A stretch of 64,000 nt of DNA from Candidatus Binatia bacterium (GCA_963666315.2 CAXXHG010000022.1:40343-104342), one strand, 5' to 3'. Shown: positions 49,753 through 59,225, numbered from the stretch's first letter. Translations and numbers: made by a program. Notes: generated by a model from the letters alone, not told the origin.

Positions 49753-50821
49753 TCAAACAAGCAAACGCCAACGGCCTATGCTCTGGGTGTGGGGGCTGAG
49801 TAGCGTACTCCTCTGCGCGCTTGTTCTTCTTCCTCCAGCTGCTCGTCCTTTTGTTCGGATTACTTTTCCGTCTGGCACGTCGGCATTCTGGTCCGCAGCT
49901 CAGGCCGATCTCAACCTCCAGCTTGGTTGTCCAGAAACGCCGCTATCCGACTTTGGTCCGTGTTGGGATGATGTGGCAAAGAGTGCAGCCGAAAGCTGGA
50001 ATACGAATGCGGAAATATTTCGCTTCACCACTCCTCCTCCGACCCCAGCTTCCCCGTGTGAAGACGTGGAGAGTCTGGACTTTCTCAATACTGTGGCTTT
50101 CCAGGACACCCTGTGTGGGACTGCATTTGGTGGGGCGGTGGCCGTCACTTTTTCCAGAGTGTTCTCAACCGGAGAACTCGTGGATACCGGTGTGGTGGTC
50201 AATGGAAACCTCACCTGGTCTGCCTATACTGGTCCTCTCGGATTTCCATTCGACCTGCGCCGTGTCCTTATTCACGAATTTGGGCACGTCCTGGGGTTAG
50301 ACCACCCCAATCAATCCGGACAAACCGTGGATGCTATTATGAATAGTACGGTCAGTGATCTCGACGAGCTTCAGGCCGACGACATCGCAGGAGTGAACGC
50401 TATTTACCCTGGGTCTCCAGTTGGGGTATTGGAGAACCCACAACCGGATAGCTCGGTCAGTGGCTTGGCCATTATTACCGGCTGGATTTGTTCAGCGAGC
50501 ATCGTCACGCTGGGCATTGATGGAGTTTTTTACACCGTCCTATATGGCTCATCTCGCATCGATACCATCCCGACCTGTGGCGATGAATTTAATGGTTTCG
50601 GCTTTCCGATTAACTGGAACCTGCTGGGCGATGGTCTCCACACCATCATTGTTTTTGCAGACGGCGTCGAGGTTGGCCGAGCAACAGTCACCGTGACCAC
50701 ACTCGGCCAGGAATTTCTCGCCGGGGCGAGTGGGACGTTTACCTTGAGCTTTAACGGGCTGGAGGTTGTGATTGAGTGGAAGGAGAGCCTGCAGAATTTC
50801 CTGATCACGGGTATGCAATAA
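49745..50821 (+). CDS. Secreted matrixin (M10-like metzincin) protease with a C-terminal beta-rich domain
   Basis: HEFGHVLGLDH zinc motif, Met-turn AIMNS, LQADDIAG; hydrophobic leader. Confidence 0.85.
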   Translation: MTNQTSKRQRPMLWVWGLSSVLLCALVLLPPAARPFVRITFPSGTSAFWSAAQADLNLQLGCPETPLSDFGPCWDDVAKSAAESWNTNAEIFRFTTPPPTPASPCEDVESLDFLNTVAFQDTLCGTAFGGAVAVTFSRVFSTGELVDTGVVVNGNLTWSAYTGPLGFPFDLRRVLIHEFGHVLGLDHPNQSGQTVDAIMNSTVSDLDELQADDIAGVNAIYPGSPVGVLENPQPDSSVSGLAIITGWICSASIVTLGIDGVFYTVLYGSSRIDTIPTCGDEFNGFGFPINWNLLGDGLHTIIVFADGVEVGRATVTVTTLGQEFLAGASGTFTLSFNGLEVVIEWKESLQNFLITGMQ

Positions 50822-50826
50822 AAGTA

Positions 50827-50915
50827 CGGAGAGGGAGGGATTCGAACCCTCGGTACGCGTCAAGACGTACACTCGCTTAGCAGGCGAGCGCCTTCGACCA
50901 CTCGGCCACCTCTCC
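50827..50915 (-). tRNA. tRNA-Ser(GCT)
   Basis: GGAGAGGTGGCCGAGTGGTCGAAGGCGCTCGCCT-GCT-AAGCGAG, long variable arm, GAGGGTTCGAATCCCTCCCTCTCCG. Confidence 0.95.
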
Positions 50916-51125
50916 CTGGCATCGTTGGTGAGATTTGATCCTATCGATTCCCTTTCCTTCGTGCAACGACATTCATTGCTTACACTGAAGCACCGTCCCT
51001 ATACCCAACTGTCCGTCTATATTCGTAAGCCTACATAATAACCTGTGTTTTCAGTATTCTTAACCTGCTGAAAGAAGGCAGTACTAGTTCCTCATAGAGA
51101 TGCTTGGAGTGGTCTTGACAATCTT

Positions 51126-51146
51126 AATTGAAAATGATTTTCAATT
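51126..51146. promoter_or_regulatory. Fur-box-like palindrome upstream of the porin gene
   Basis: AATTGAAAAT-G-ATTTTCAATT perfect 10-1-10 inverted repeat; core differs from the 7-1-7 Fur consensus at 2 positions; TTGACA at 51115-51120. Confidence 0.8.
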
Positions 51147-51152
51147 TCAATT

Positions 51153-52601
51153 ATGAATTTACGGAAACACCGAAAGCTGTGGAAAATCGTGTTAGCCCTC
51201 GGCGCTGCAGCTCTTGCCATAAGCATGCCCAGACCGACTTATGCGATGAACGAAGATCGCATGCAGCAGCTTGAGGAACAATTGACAACGATGCAACAAG
51301 CCATGTCCGCCATGCAGCAGGAGCTGCAGACGCTACGGGCTGAGCAGCAACAAGAAAAGGAAGAGCACGCCCGCAAGCAAAATGTGCTGGCGGAAGAAGT
51401 CGATAAGCTGCGCACAAGCTTAACCATTCCGGAGTTCAAGCCCTTAACCATGGAGGACAGCGTATACGGCCTCGGGCCGGCAGCATCCAAAGTGTACGGG
51501 GTTGCGAGCGGACTGTCGCTCGGCGGGTATGGCGAAGCCTTTTACCGTAAGGATGTAGGCGACAAAACCAAAAGCGACCGAGACACCGCCGACTTTCTGC
51601 GCTTCGTGCTCTATGCGGGGTATAAGTTCACAGAACGCATCATTTTGAATGCCGAACTGGAATTCGAACACGCCACAACCAGCTCAACGGAAAGTGCAGG
51701 CGGGGGGTCGGTGTCAGTGGAGTTCGCCTATCTCGATTTCCTAACGTGGAAATGGATGAACTTCCGCGTCGGCATGCTCCTCGTGCCTATGGGCATTGTC
51801 AATGAACTCCACGAGCCCGTCTTCTTTAACGGCGTGGAGCGGCCGGAAGTCGAGCGACGTATTATTCTTTCCACGTGGCGAGAAAACGGCATCGGCATCT
51901 TTGGCGAGCTGGGCGCGCTGGCCGAAGGACTCGAATACCGCATCTACGGGATCAATGGTCTGAATGCTAAAGGCTTTCGCGACACTGGCATTCGCGGCGG
52001 TCGTCAGAAAGGTAATCGTACCCTGGCCGAGGACATTGCGTTTGTGGCACGACTCGACTATTCTCCGACGCCGAATTTCATGCTGGGCGCGTCCGTGTAT
52101 ACCGGAGACTCCGGACAGAACCAGGAAATCGATACGGTCGAGTTGCCAGACTCGCGGATCACAATCTGGGAGCTGCACAGCATCTATCGTTACGCTGGTC
52201 TTGAGGCACGCGGTCTATTTGCCATGTCCCACCTGGGTGACGCAGGCGAGTTGACGGATGCGCTGCGTGAAATCGGCGAACTGGGCTCAAGCCGCACTCT
52301 GGCCAGCCAAATGATCGGTGGCTACGGCGAAATCTCGTACGACATTATGCCCCTTCTGTATCCGGGCAGTGACCACACTCTCACCCCGTTCTTACGCTTC
52401 GCTTATCTCAACCTGCAACATAAAACGCCATCCGGCTCACACTATCAGGTGAATCCCAGTCGCGAGATGCGTATCTGGACGCCAGGTGTTAGCTATAAGC
52501 CGCATCCCAACGTCGTACTCAAGGTGGATTACCGCAACTTTAATACGGTGCAGGGTCATCGTGCGAATGAGGTAAATTTTGGTATTGGCTTTGTCTTTTA
52601 G
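51153..52601 (+). CDS. Outer-membrane beta-barrel porin-like protein with N-terminal coiled coil
   Basis: Signal peptide, Q/E-rich coiled coil, amphipathic strands (LSLGGYGE, RFVLYAGYKF, ELEFEH, VEFAYLDF), C-terminal NFGIGFVF BAM signal. Confidence 0.8.
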   Translation: MNLRKHRKLWKIVLALGAAALAISMPRPTYAMNEDRMQQLEEQLTTMQQAMSAMQQELQTLRAEQQQEKEEHARKQNVLAEEVDKLRTSLTIPEFKPLTMEDSVYGLGPAASKVYGVASGLSLGGYGEAFYRKDVGDKTKSDRDTADFLRFVLYAGYKFTERIILNAELEFEHATTSSTESAGGGSVSVEFAYLDFLTWKWMNFRVGMLLVPMGIVNELHEPVFFNGVERPEVERRIILSTWRENGIGIFGELGALAEGLEYRIYGINGLNAKGFRDTGIRGGRQKGNRTLAEDIAFVARLDYSPTPNFMLGASVYTGDSGQNQEIDTVELPDSRITIWELHSIYRYAGLEARGLFAMSHLGDAGELTDALREIGELGSSRTLASQMIGGYGEISYDIMPLLYPGSDHTLTPFLRFAYLNLQHKTPSGSHYQVNPSREMRIWTPGVSYKPHPNVVLKVDYRNFNTVQGHRANEVNFGIGFVF

Positions 52602-53145
52602 AGCCCTGAGCAGTACGCTAGTGCTGTGCCTGCTGGTGGTGCTGGGCGGCATCAGCAGCGTCAACGCAAAGGTTTTCTTTTCAAAAGAAGAGGCCCTGGA
52701 GATTGCGTTTCCCCACGCCCAACGAGTCGAGGCACGTAATTTTTTCTTAACCCAAGAGCAGGTCGAACAGGTGCAAACACTGGCAAAAGCCCGCCTTGAC
52801 TCAAAACTGGCCACCTTTCATGTCGGCCATACAGCCGAAGAAATTCTGGGTTATGCTTTTATTGAGACCCATATCGTCCGCACCTTTCCGGAAACGTTCC
52901 TGATTGTCTTGTCACCCGAGGGCACTTTACAAAAACTCCTTGTTCTTGCTTTTTACGAGCCAGCCGAATATCAACCTCCCGAGCGCTGGCTCAAACAGTT
53001 TGACCAGAAAACGTTGAGTTCGTCGCTCCGACTTCGCCAAGACCTTCATGGCATTATGGGCTCAACCCTGACAGCCCAAGCCGTCACCAGTGGGGTACGG
53101 AAGGTTATGGCACTCTTTCAGATCCTGATTCAAGAGAAACAATAG
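52579..53145 (+). CDS. Periplasmic FMN-binding domain protein (predicted ApbE substrate)
   Basis: Signal-like N-terminus, FYEP.EY...WLKQF, DLHGIMGSTLT (variant of the [ST]GA[ST] flavinylation motif); start uncertain. Confidence 0.7.
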   Translation: MVLALSFRALSSTLVLCLLVVLGGISSVNAKVFFSKEEALEIAFPHAQRVEARNFFLTQEQVEQVQTLAKARLDSKLATFHVGHTAEEILGYAFIETHIVRTFPETFLIVLSPEGTLQKLLVLAFYEPAEYQPPERWLKQFDQKTLSSSLRLRQDLHGIMGSTLTAQAVTSGVRKVMALFQILIQEKQ

Positions 53146-53150
53146 GTTCT

Positions 53151-53723
53151 ATGCGTTTTGTCGTTACTGGCGAGTGGTCGAAAAACCGGCTCCTGCAACT
53201 CATTATTGTTATTTTTGTGATCTATGTCGCCGGTCTGTGGCTGACGAATGCGCTGTTGTATTTCCACAAAATGGATCTGACCTCTCTCTCCGTCACGCAA
53301 TACTACCTAGGCTCAGAAGAGCTTTTTCTTCAGCCCAGGAGCTACCAAGGCATGCTCGAAGTCACACATTTTCACTTGTTTGCCATGGGCCTCTTACTCC
53401 TCACGCTCACCCACTTGATGCTGTTCGTGCCATTATCAACCAATCTCAAAGCCTGGTTCATCATCATCCCCTTTTTCTCCGCGTTGGCGGATGAAGGCAG
53501 TGGCTGGCTTGTCCGCTTTGTGCACCCGGGTTTCGCCTACCTCAAGATTGTGAGCTTTCTCGCCTTAGAAATCAGCCTTGCGGTATTAATCATTGTCACG
53601 CTGTGGGCGGTCTTTCGAGGCTCTCAGGACCAGTATCAACAGCAACCGCCTACGCGGTCTCCCAAAGACCCGCCAGGCTTAGAAAATGTCGGCCTGGGTG
53701 AGGCAAGCGAGCTGACGGAATGA
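53151..53723 (+). CDS. 4-TM inner-membrane protein with intramembrane histidines (possible b-heme binding)
   Basis: Four hydrophobic segments; EVTHFHLFAMGLLLLTLTH places His residues 13-15 apart on one helix. Confidence 0.65.
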   Translation: MRFVVTGEWSKNRLLQLIIVIFVIYVAGLWLTNALLYFHKMDLTSLSVTQYYLGSEELFLQPRSYQGMLEVTHFHLFAMGLLLLTLTHLMLFVPLSTNLKAWFIIIPFFSALADEGSGWLVRFVHPGFAYLKIVSFLALEISLAVLIIVTLWAVFRGSQDQYQQQPPTRSPKDPPGLENVGLGEASELTE

Positions 53724-54778
53724 GGCATGCTGGGGATTGGGGATTGGGGGCTGGGGACTGGCGGACATGCATGGCTATCGTCGGTCTGGCTGTCTGCAGC
53801 CTCGTGGGTGTAGCCTCTGCCTGCGAGACCGACGGCCGCTACATCATGGGCACGGTCTTCCAGGCCACCCTGTGTCAAGATGAGACAGATGAGACAACGG
53901 GAACGCTCCGGCGTCAGCAGAGTATGCAAGACGTTTTCACTGACGTTTTCGCTACGGCACAGCGCTTTGATGGGCTGTTCACCACCTATTCCTCAGAAAG
54001 CCCGCTTAGCCATATCAATGCCCACGCTGGACGAGGCTGGCAACAGGTTCCGGCTGAAGTCATCGATATTCTGCGCCTGTCTCAGCAGTATTCAGATCTG
54101 ACGCACGGAGCGTTTGATGTCACAGTTGGCCCACTCCTCACCTTGTGGAGGCAATCGGCAACCGCGCAGGAGCCGCCAACAGCAGCGGCTATCGTCGATA
54201 CCCTGCTCTCCATTGGCAGTCATAAGATTCAGTTTGGTGTCAAGGACCAGGTCAGCCTGCCCTCGCACACTATGGCCCTGGATCTGGGCGGCATAGGTAA
54301 AGGTTATGCCCTCGACCAGGCGGCGAAACAACTCCAGGAACAGGGAGTGACAAACGCTTTGCTCAACTTTGGCCAGAGTAGCCTGTGGGCACTCGGCCAG
54401 CCTCCGGGTGATACCGGCTGGCGACTGCTGCTCCGCCTACCCAACGGGGAAGCCGTTGGTGTTGCGACGTTCGGCAATCAGGCCATCTCCGTGTCCGGCA
54501 GCTTGGGCGACAGCATGGAAGTCGGCGGTCAGCGCTATGGTCATATCATCGACCCACGCACGGGGATGCCCGTGCAGCGTGATCTCCTGGCCTGCATCGT
54601 TGCCCCCAGCGCAGCCCAAGCAGAAGCATTGAGTACAGCACTGCTGACCTTAGGCGAAGGTGAAGGACTGACACTCATCGAACGGCTGGATGGAGTCGAA
54701 GGGATTTTACTAGAGGCGAACGGCCACAGGTGGATGACAACCGGGTGGCAGCAGATTAGCCATTTTGTCTCGTTTTAA
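53720..54778 (+). CDS. apbE: FAD:protein FMN transferase
   Basis: IMGT, GAFDVTVGPL, LDLGGIGKGYALD, SVSG, YGHIIDPRTG, AEALSTAL; alternative start ATG 53771. Confidence 0.92.
   Translation: MRHAGDWGLGAGDWRTCMAIVGLAVCSLVGVASACETDGRYIMGTVFQATLCQDETDETTGTLRRQQSMQDVFTDVFATAQRFDGLFTTYSSESPLSHINAHAGRGWQQVPAEVIDILRLSQQYSDLTHGAFDVTVGPLLTLWRQSATAQEPPTAAAIVDTLLSIGSHKIQFGVKDQVSLPSHTMALDLGGIGKGYALDQAAKQLQEQGVTNALLNFGQSSLWALGQPPGDTGWRLLLRLPNGEAVGVATFGNQAISVSGSLGDSMEVGGQRYGHIIDPRTGMPVQRDLLACIVAPSAAQAEALSTALLTLGEGEGLTLIERLDGVEGILLEANGHRWMTTGWQQISHFVSF
53732..53761 (+). repeat. 7-bp-period G-rich repeat, potential 4-tier G-quadruplex
   Basis: GGGG-att-GGGG-att-GGGGG-ct-GGGG-actgg. Confidence 0.6.
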
Positions 54779-54982
54779 CTATTCTGCTGTCTCCCCAGCC
54801 TGAAACTCGACCGTTGCGTGCGTGCCGTCGCAATACGGCTTATTTTTAGACTGGCCACATCGACACAAATACAGGGGATCTTTTTGTCCGATATACACCC
54901 CGCCTTTCTTATCAGTCAGACGTGGGTCTCCACGGACCTCATACGGACCATTTTTTAAAACGCGAATACGAACGTTCGACAT
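54779..54982 (-). CDS. CDGSH iron-sulfur domain protein
   Basis: NGPY...LCRCGQSKNKPYCDGTH. Confidence 0.92.
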   Translation of the reverse strand: MSNVRIRVLKNGPYEVRGDPRLTDKKGGVYIGQKDPLYLCRCGQSKNKPYCDGTHATVEFQAGETAE

Positions 54983-55116
54983 AGAAGGTTTTTTCTTGTG
55001 GTTATGCTGCAATTCGCGTCACAGGCGGCAGCAGGGTTTTCAGGACTAGATTTCTCAGATCTTCCAGTATCATATAGCCGGCCGAAATCAGTACTACGGA
55101 CGGGGCTTGCATATTG

Positions 55117-55140
55117 AATTGAAATTGATTATCAATTTCA
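55117..55140. promoter_or_regulatory. Fur-box-like palindrome between the divergent CDGSH gene and feoA
   Basis: TGAAATTGAT-T-ATCAATTTCA perfect 10-1-10 inverted repeat at 55120-55140. Confidence 0.8.
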
Positions 55141-55200
55141 TTCAGATCATACTAGAAGGGCCGATCAAGAAAATATACGGAAGTATACACGAGTACGACT

Positions 55201-55425
55201 ATGAAGACGCTGGCTGATCTCACACCAGACGAACAGGGCTGCATCCACTCTATAACAGGTGCCGACGGGCTTGCGCAGCGCTTGGCCGAGCTCGGTTTTA
55301 CAACCGGCCAGACGGTTCAGGTCGTGCGTTGTGCTCCGTTTGGAGACCCGATGCAGATCCGTATCCGCGGGTTTCACCTCGCCCTGCGGCGTCAAGAAGC
55401 GCAGCGCGTCCGTCTTGCCTTGTAA
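55201..55425 (+). CDS. feoA: Ferrous iron transport protein A
   Basis: RLAELGFTTG...APFGDPMQIRIRGFHLALRRQEA. Confidence 0.93.
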   Translation: MKTLADLTPDEQGCIHSITGADGLAQRLAELGFTTGQTVQVVRCAPFGDPMQIRIRGFHLALRRQEAQRVRLAL

Positions 55426-55446
55426 TGAGGGGCAGTTGGATTTTTT

Positions 55447-57732
55447 ATGGCTGCCGCTACTCTGCCTGCGGCTTCTCCGCTCGCCGAACCACCGCATACA
55501 ACCCCTCCCTCTAGTAGTCGTTCCTACCGTGTTGCCGTCATCGGCAACCCAAATACGGGCAAGACGACGCTCTTTAATGCGCTTACTGGTCTCAGCCAAC
55601 ATACGGGGAATTATCCTGGTGTCACCGTTGAAAGTACACTCGGTAAATTCCGGCAGGACGATACGCAGTTTGAAGCAATAGATTTACCTGGCACCTATTC
55701 GCTTGCTCCACGCGCCCCGGATGAGATGCTGGCCGTTTCCGTCCTCTTAGGGTATGGGCGCGGTACGGTCGCACCCGACGTCATTCTGTGTGTCGTGGAC
55801 GCTACAAATCTCGACCGCAATCTCTATCTCGCCACGCAGATTATCGATGTCGGTCGGCCTGTTGTGATTGCACTCAGCATGGTCGATTTGGCCCAGAAAC
55901 AGGGGATACATATACACATAGCAACCCTCGAAAAACGGCTGGGGATTCCGATCGTGCCAGTTCAGGCCGCGAAACGCCAGGGGTTGAAGCAGCTTCGGCT
56001 AGCGCTGCGCGACGCCGTCCACAAACCTACACCACCACCGCGGCCGGTTGCCTTTCCGCAGGCATTTACAGCTGAAGTTGATGTATTGACAACGGCGCTC
56101 ACCGAGAACGATCGGCACTCTGGGGGACGAGCGCATCCTACGCACCCTGCACATCCTGCTTTGCCCCGGTTTTTCGTAGAGCGTTTGCTCATTGACGCTG
56201 ACGGAATGATTGAACGCGACCTCGCTCGGGAGCGCGGGGAGTGGATCCGTATCGAGGCGCAAGCGGCGCGTCAACGTTTGGCTGATGCGGGTATTCCTCT
56301 GCCCCACATGGAGGTCGATAGCCGCTACGAATGGATTGCGCAGGTTGTTGAGCAAGCCAGGGGGACTACGCCGCCTGTCCAGCAAAACTTGCAAGGCCTA
56401 CAAAGCTGGCAAAATTGGAGTGACCGGCTTGACCAAATTGTGACCCATAAGGTCTGGGGTCTGATAGTCTTTCTCGCCGTCATGGGGGTCACCTTTCAGT
56501 CCATCTTTGCTTGGGCACTGCCGTTGATGGACGGGATAGACGGCATCTTTTCGGCCATCGGGACATGGGTTGGCGGCACGTTGCCCGAAGGGCCGCTGCA
56601 AAGCTTACTTGTTGATGGCCTCATCGGCGGTGTAGGGGCTGTTATCGTGTTTGTCCCCCAGATTGCCATGCTCTTCGGTTTGATCGCCATTCTTGAAGAT
56701 TCCGGGTATATGGCCCGCGCCGCATTTCTCATGGATCGCCTGATGGCCGGCTTTGGGCTGTCGGGTCGAAGTTTTATTCCACTCCTCTCGTCATTTGCCT
56801 GCGCTGTTCCGGGCATTATGGCCGCCCGGACTATAGAGAATCGGCGAGATCGGATTGCCACTATTGTCATTGCCCCGCTTATGAGCTGCAGTGCGCGGCT
56901 GCCCGTGTATGTGCTCTTAATCTCAGCCTTTATTCCTGCCCAGACCGTCTGGGGTGTGGTGGGTTTGCAAGGGCTCGTCCTGTTTAGCATGTATATCCTA
57001 GGTTTGGTCGTTGCTCCGCCGATTGCGTGGGCACTCAAACGTACCGTCCTGCGCGGCGAGGTCGTTCCATTTCTCATGGAGTTGCCGCCGTTTAAGATGC
57101 CGGCTTGGCGCGTCATCCTCTTCCGTATGTACGATCGCAGCATGGCTTTTTTGAGGCGGGCGGGAACGATTATTCTTGCCACAACCATCGTGGTCTGGGC
57201 ACTCTCCTACTATCCAAACCACGACCACGTTGCAGCGGAATTCGAGGCGCAGCGTGCAGCTGTCAGTGCACAGGAGCGACACCAACTGGAGAGAGCACGG
57301 GCGAGCGTCCGGCTCCGAGAAAGTTATCTTGGCCAGGCCGGGCGGGCTATTGAGCCTTTCGTTCGGCCCCTGGGATGGGATTGGAAGATTGGTGTGGCCA
57401 CGCTGGCCAGCTTCCCTGCCCGTGAGGTGATCATTGCCGCCCTGGGGACGATTTATAATGTCGGCAGTGGCCTTGACGAAGAGAGTCTTGAACTCCGCGA
57501 CGCCATGCGGGCAGAGCGCTGGGCAGACGGCCGGCCGGTCTACACTCCGGTTGTGGCCGTCTCGATCATGGTCTTTTTCGCCCTGTGCTGTCAGTGTGGT
57601 GCAACGCTGGCAACCATGAAACGCGAAACCAATTCGTGGGGCTACCCGGCGTTTACGTTTGTCTATATGACCAGCCTGGCCTATCTTGGGGCTTGGGCCG
57701 TGTATCAAATCGGGAGTCGACTGGTAGGATAA
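55447..57732 (+). CDS. feoB: Ferrous iron transport protein B
   Basis: GNPNTGKTT, GNYPGVTVE, DLPGTYSL, DATNL, LEDSGYMARAA, FACAVP, MSCSARLP. Confidence 0.96.
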   Translation: MAAATLPAASPLAEPPHTTPPSSSRSYRVAVIGNPNTGKTTLFNALTGLSQHTGNYPGVTVESTLGKFRQDDTQFEAIDLPGTYSLAPRAPDEMLAVSVLLGYGRGTVAPDVILCVVDATNLDRNLYLATQIIDVGRPVVIALSMVDLAQKQGIHIHIATLEKRLGIPIVPVQAAKRQGLKQLRLALRDAVHKPTPPPRPVAFPQAFTAEVDVLTTALTENDRHSGGRAHPTHPAHPALPRFFVERLLIDADGMIERDLARERGEWIRIEAQAARQRLADAGIPLPHMEVDSRYEWIAQVVEQARGTTPPVQQNLQGLQSWQNWSDRLDQIVTHKVWGLIVFLAVMGVTFQSIFAWALPLMDGIDGIFSAIGTWVGGTLPEGPLQSLLVDGLIGGVGAVIVFVPQIAMLFGLIAILEDSGYMARAAFLMDRLMAGFGLSGRSFIPLLSSFACAVPGIMAARTIENRRDRIATIVIAPLMSCSARLPVYVLLISAFIPAQTVWGVVGLQGLVLFSMYILGLVVAPPIAWALKRTVLRGEVVPFLMELPPFKMPAWRVILFRMYDRSMAFLRRAGTIILATTIVVWALSYYPNHDHVAAEFEAQRAAVSAQERHQLERARASVRLRESYLGQAGRAIEPFVRPLGWDWKIGVATLASFPAREVIIAALGTIYNVGSGLDEESLELRDAMRAERWADGRPVYTPVVAVSIMVFFALCCQCGATLATMKRETNSWGYPAFTFVYMTSLAYLGAWAVYQIGSRLVG

Positions 57733-57745
57733 CTGAAGATAAACA

Positions 57746-57886
57746 ATGGACCTCCAAACCCTCCTCATATTCCCCGTCATCGCGCTTGCGGCATTCTACA
57801 TCGGCCGCTCGTTGTGGCCCAAACGCAACACAACGGGCTGCGCCTCGTGTCCCCAGAATCGTAATCGGGCGGATGATTACGTGTGA
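57746..57886 (+). CDS. 46-aa FeoB-associated Cys-containing membrane peptide (not in the ORF track)
   Basis: MDLQTLLIFPVIALAAFYIGRSLWPKRNTTGCASCPQNRNRADDYV*: one TM helix plus GCxxC. Confidence 0.75.
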   Translation: MDLQTLLIFPVIALAAFYIGRSLWPKRNTTGCASCPQNRNRADDYV

Positions 57887-57925
57887 CCGCTATGCCCCCC
57901 CTGCCCTCGTCGGATACTCAGATCT

Positions 57926-59179
57926 ATGCACACCTCGAACACCCCATTGCTGCGCCAAGCGACTCCGCTTGCTCTGTTCTGGTTTCTCATTATGGGTGCG
58001 TTGGGAGTGTTCTTTCCCTATTACGGCCTCTATCTGCGTGAGAATATAGGGCTACAAGGCGTTCAGATCGGCGCAATCTTTGCCACCCTGCCGCTGGTCG
58101 GTTTTTTCGTTCAGCCGTTGTGGGGCATTATTGCTGATCGCACTGGTCTGCGTATTCGCGTGCTTGCCGTTCTGGCAAGTGGAACGGCGGCGGGCTATTT
58201 CTTACTCGGTCACGTACACGCTTTTCTTCCAGTGCTCTTTGCCTCTGCACTCTTTGCCGGTTTCTCGCGCGCGCTTATTCCTATGACCGTCTCCGTGAGT
58301 TTAGCCGTTCTCCAGGACAGCCGGCATGCCTTCGGCGTTGTCAGGGCGTTTGGTACGCTCGGATTTTTCTGTTTGGTGATTGGATTTCCATGGCTGCTGG
58401 ACGTCCTTCCAGCGGCGACCGAACCCCCTCCGGTTCTGAGCAGGATACCCTCCGAGCCCAAGCTCGGCGTCCTTTTTCCGCTTGCGGCCGGACTCACCGT
58501 CTGTGCCACACTGGCAGCCTTCTTCCTCCCGGCGCGTGGCACAGTCGCTCTGCGTGCGCTTCAGGGCGAGTGGCGCCAGCTGCTCACCAATGGTCCTTTC
58601 CTGCGTTTGACACTGGTCGGATTTCTAGCCTTTCTGTGCCTCCACGGTCCGATGGATGTTTTTCCCATCTATATCCGCGACCGAGGCGGGAGTATCGAGA
58701 CAATCCGGAATATGTGGTTTGTGATGCTGATCCCGGAGATGCTGCTGATAACCTTACTCGGAACCGGGCTCAGTCGCTTAGGCGCACGAGGACTGTTGGC
58801 CCTGGGGATTGGTGCAGGTGGCCTGCGCTGGATCTTGTGCAGCTTTGTGACTACGCTGCCCATGCTGTATCCGATTCAAGTTCTCCATGCGGTTACGGTG
58901 ACAGGACTCTTTCTCGGCGGGCCGTTATACATCGAAGCAACAACGCCTGCTCAGTTACGCTCAACCGGGCAGGCAGTATTCGGCATGATCGGGATGGGAC
59001 TCGGTGGCAGCAGTTCAAGTCTGCTGACAGGCTGGCTGCTGGAACACGCCGGCACAACTGCGCCCTATCTTGCCGGTGGCATCGGGGCACTGACGCTGAC
59101 TCTCTTTCTGCCGCGTCTACTCCCCCTGCCCGGTCAATCTGCTCAGCCTGTTCAGCCTGCCTCGCATGCAGGTAAGTAG
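57926..59179 (+). CDS. MFS transporter (HcaT/nucleoside permease-like)
   Basis: About 12 TM segments, PYYGLYL, WGIIADRTG, RAFGTLGF. Confidence 0.85.
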   Translation: MHTSNTPLLRQATPLALFWFLIMGALGVFFPYYGLYLRENIGLQGVQIGAIFATLPLVGFFVQPLWGIIADRTGLRIRVLAVLASGTAAGYFLLGHVHAFLPVLFASALFAGFSRALIPMTVSVSLAVLQDSRHAFGVVRAFGTLGFFCLVIGFPWLLDVLPAATEPPPVLSRIPSEPKLGVLFPLAAGLTVCATLAAFFLPARGTVALRALQGEWRQLLTNGPFLRLTLVGFLAFLCLHGPMDVFPIYIRDRGGSIETIRNMWFVMLIPEMLLITLLGTGLSRLGARGLLALGIGAGGLRWILCSFVTTLPMLYPIQVLHAVTVTGLFLGGPLYIEATTPAQLRSTGQAVFGMIGMGLGGSSSSLLTGWLLEHAGTTAPYLAGGIGALTLTLFLPRLLPLPGQSAQPVQPASHAGK

Positions 59180-59225
59180 AAACGCGGCGCGGCTACTCTT
59201 TTCCTCGGCCTGCCCTCCGTCTTCA

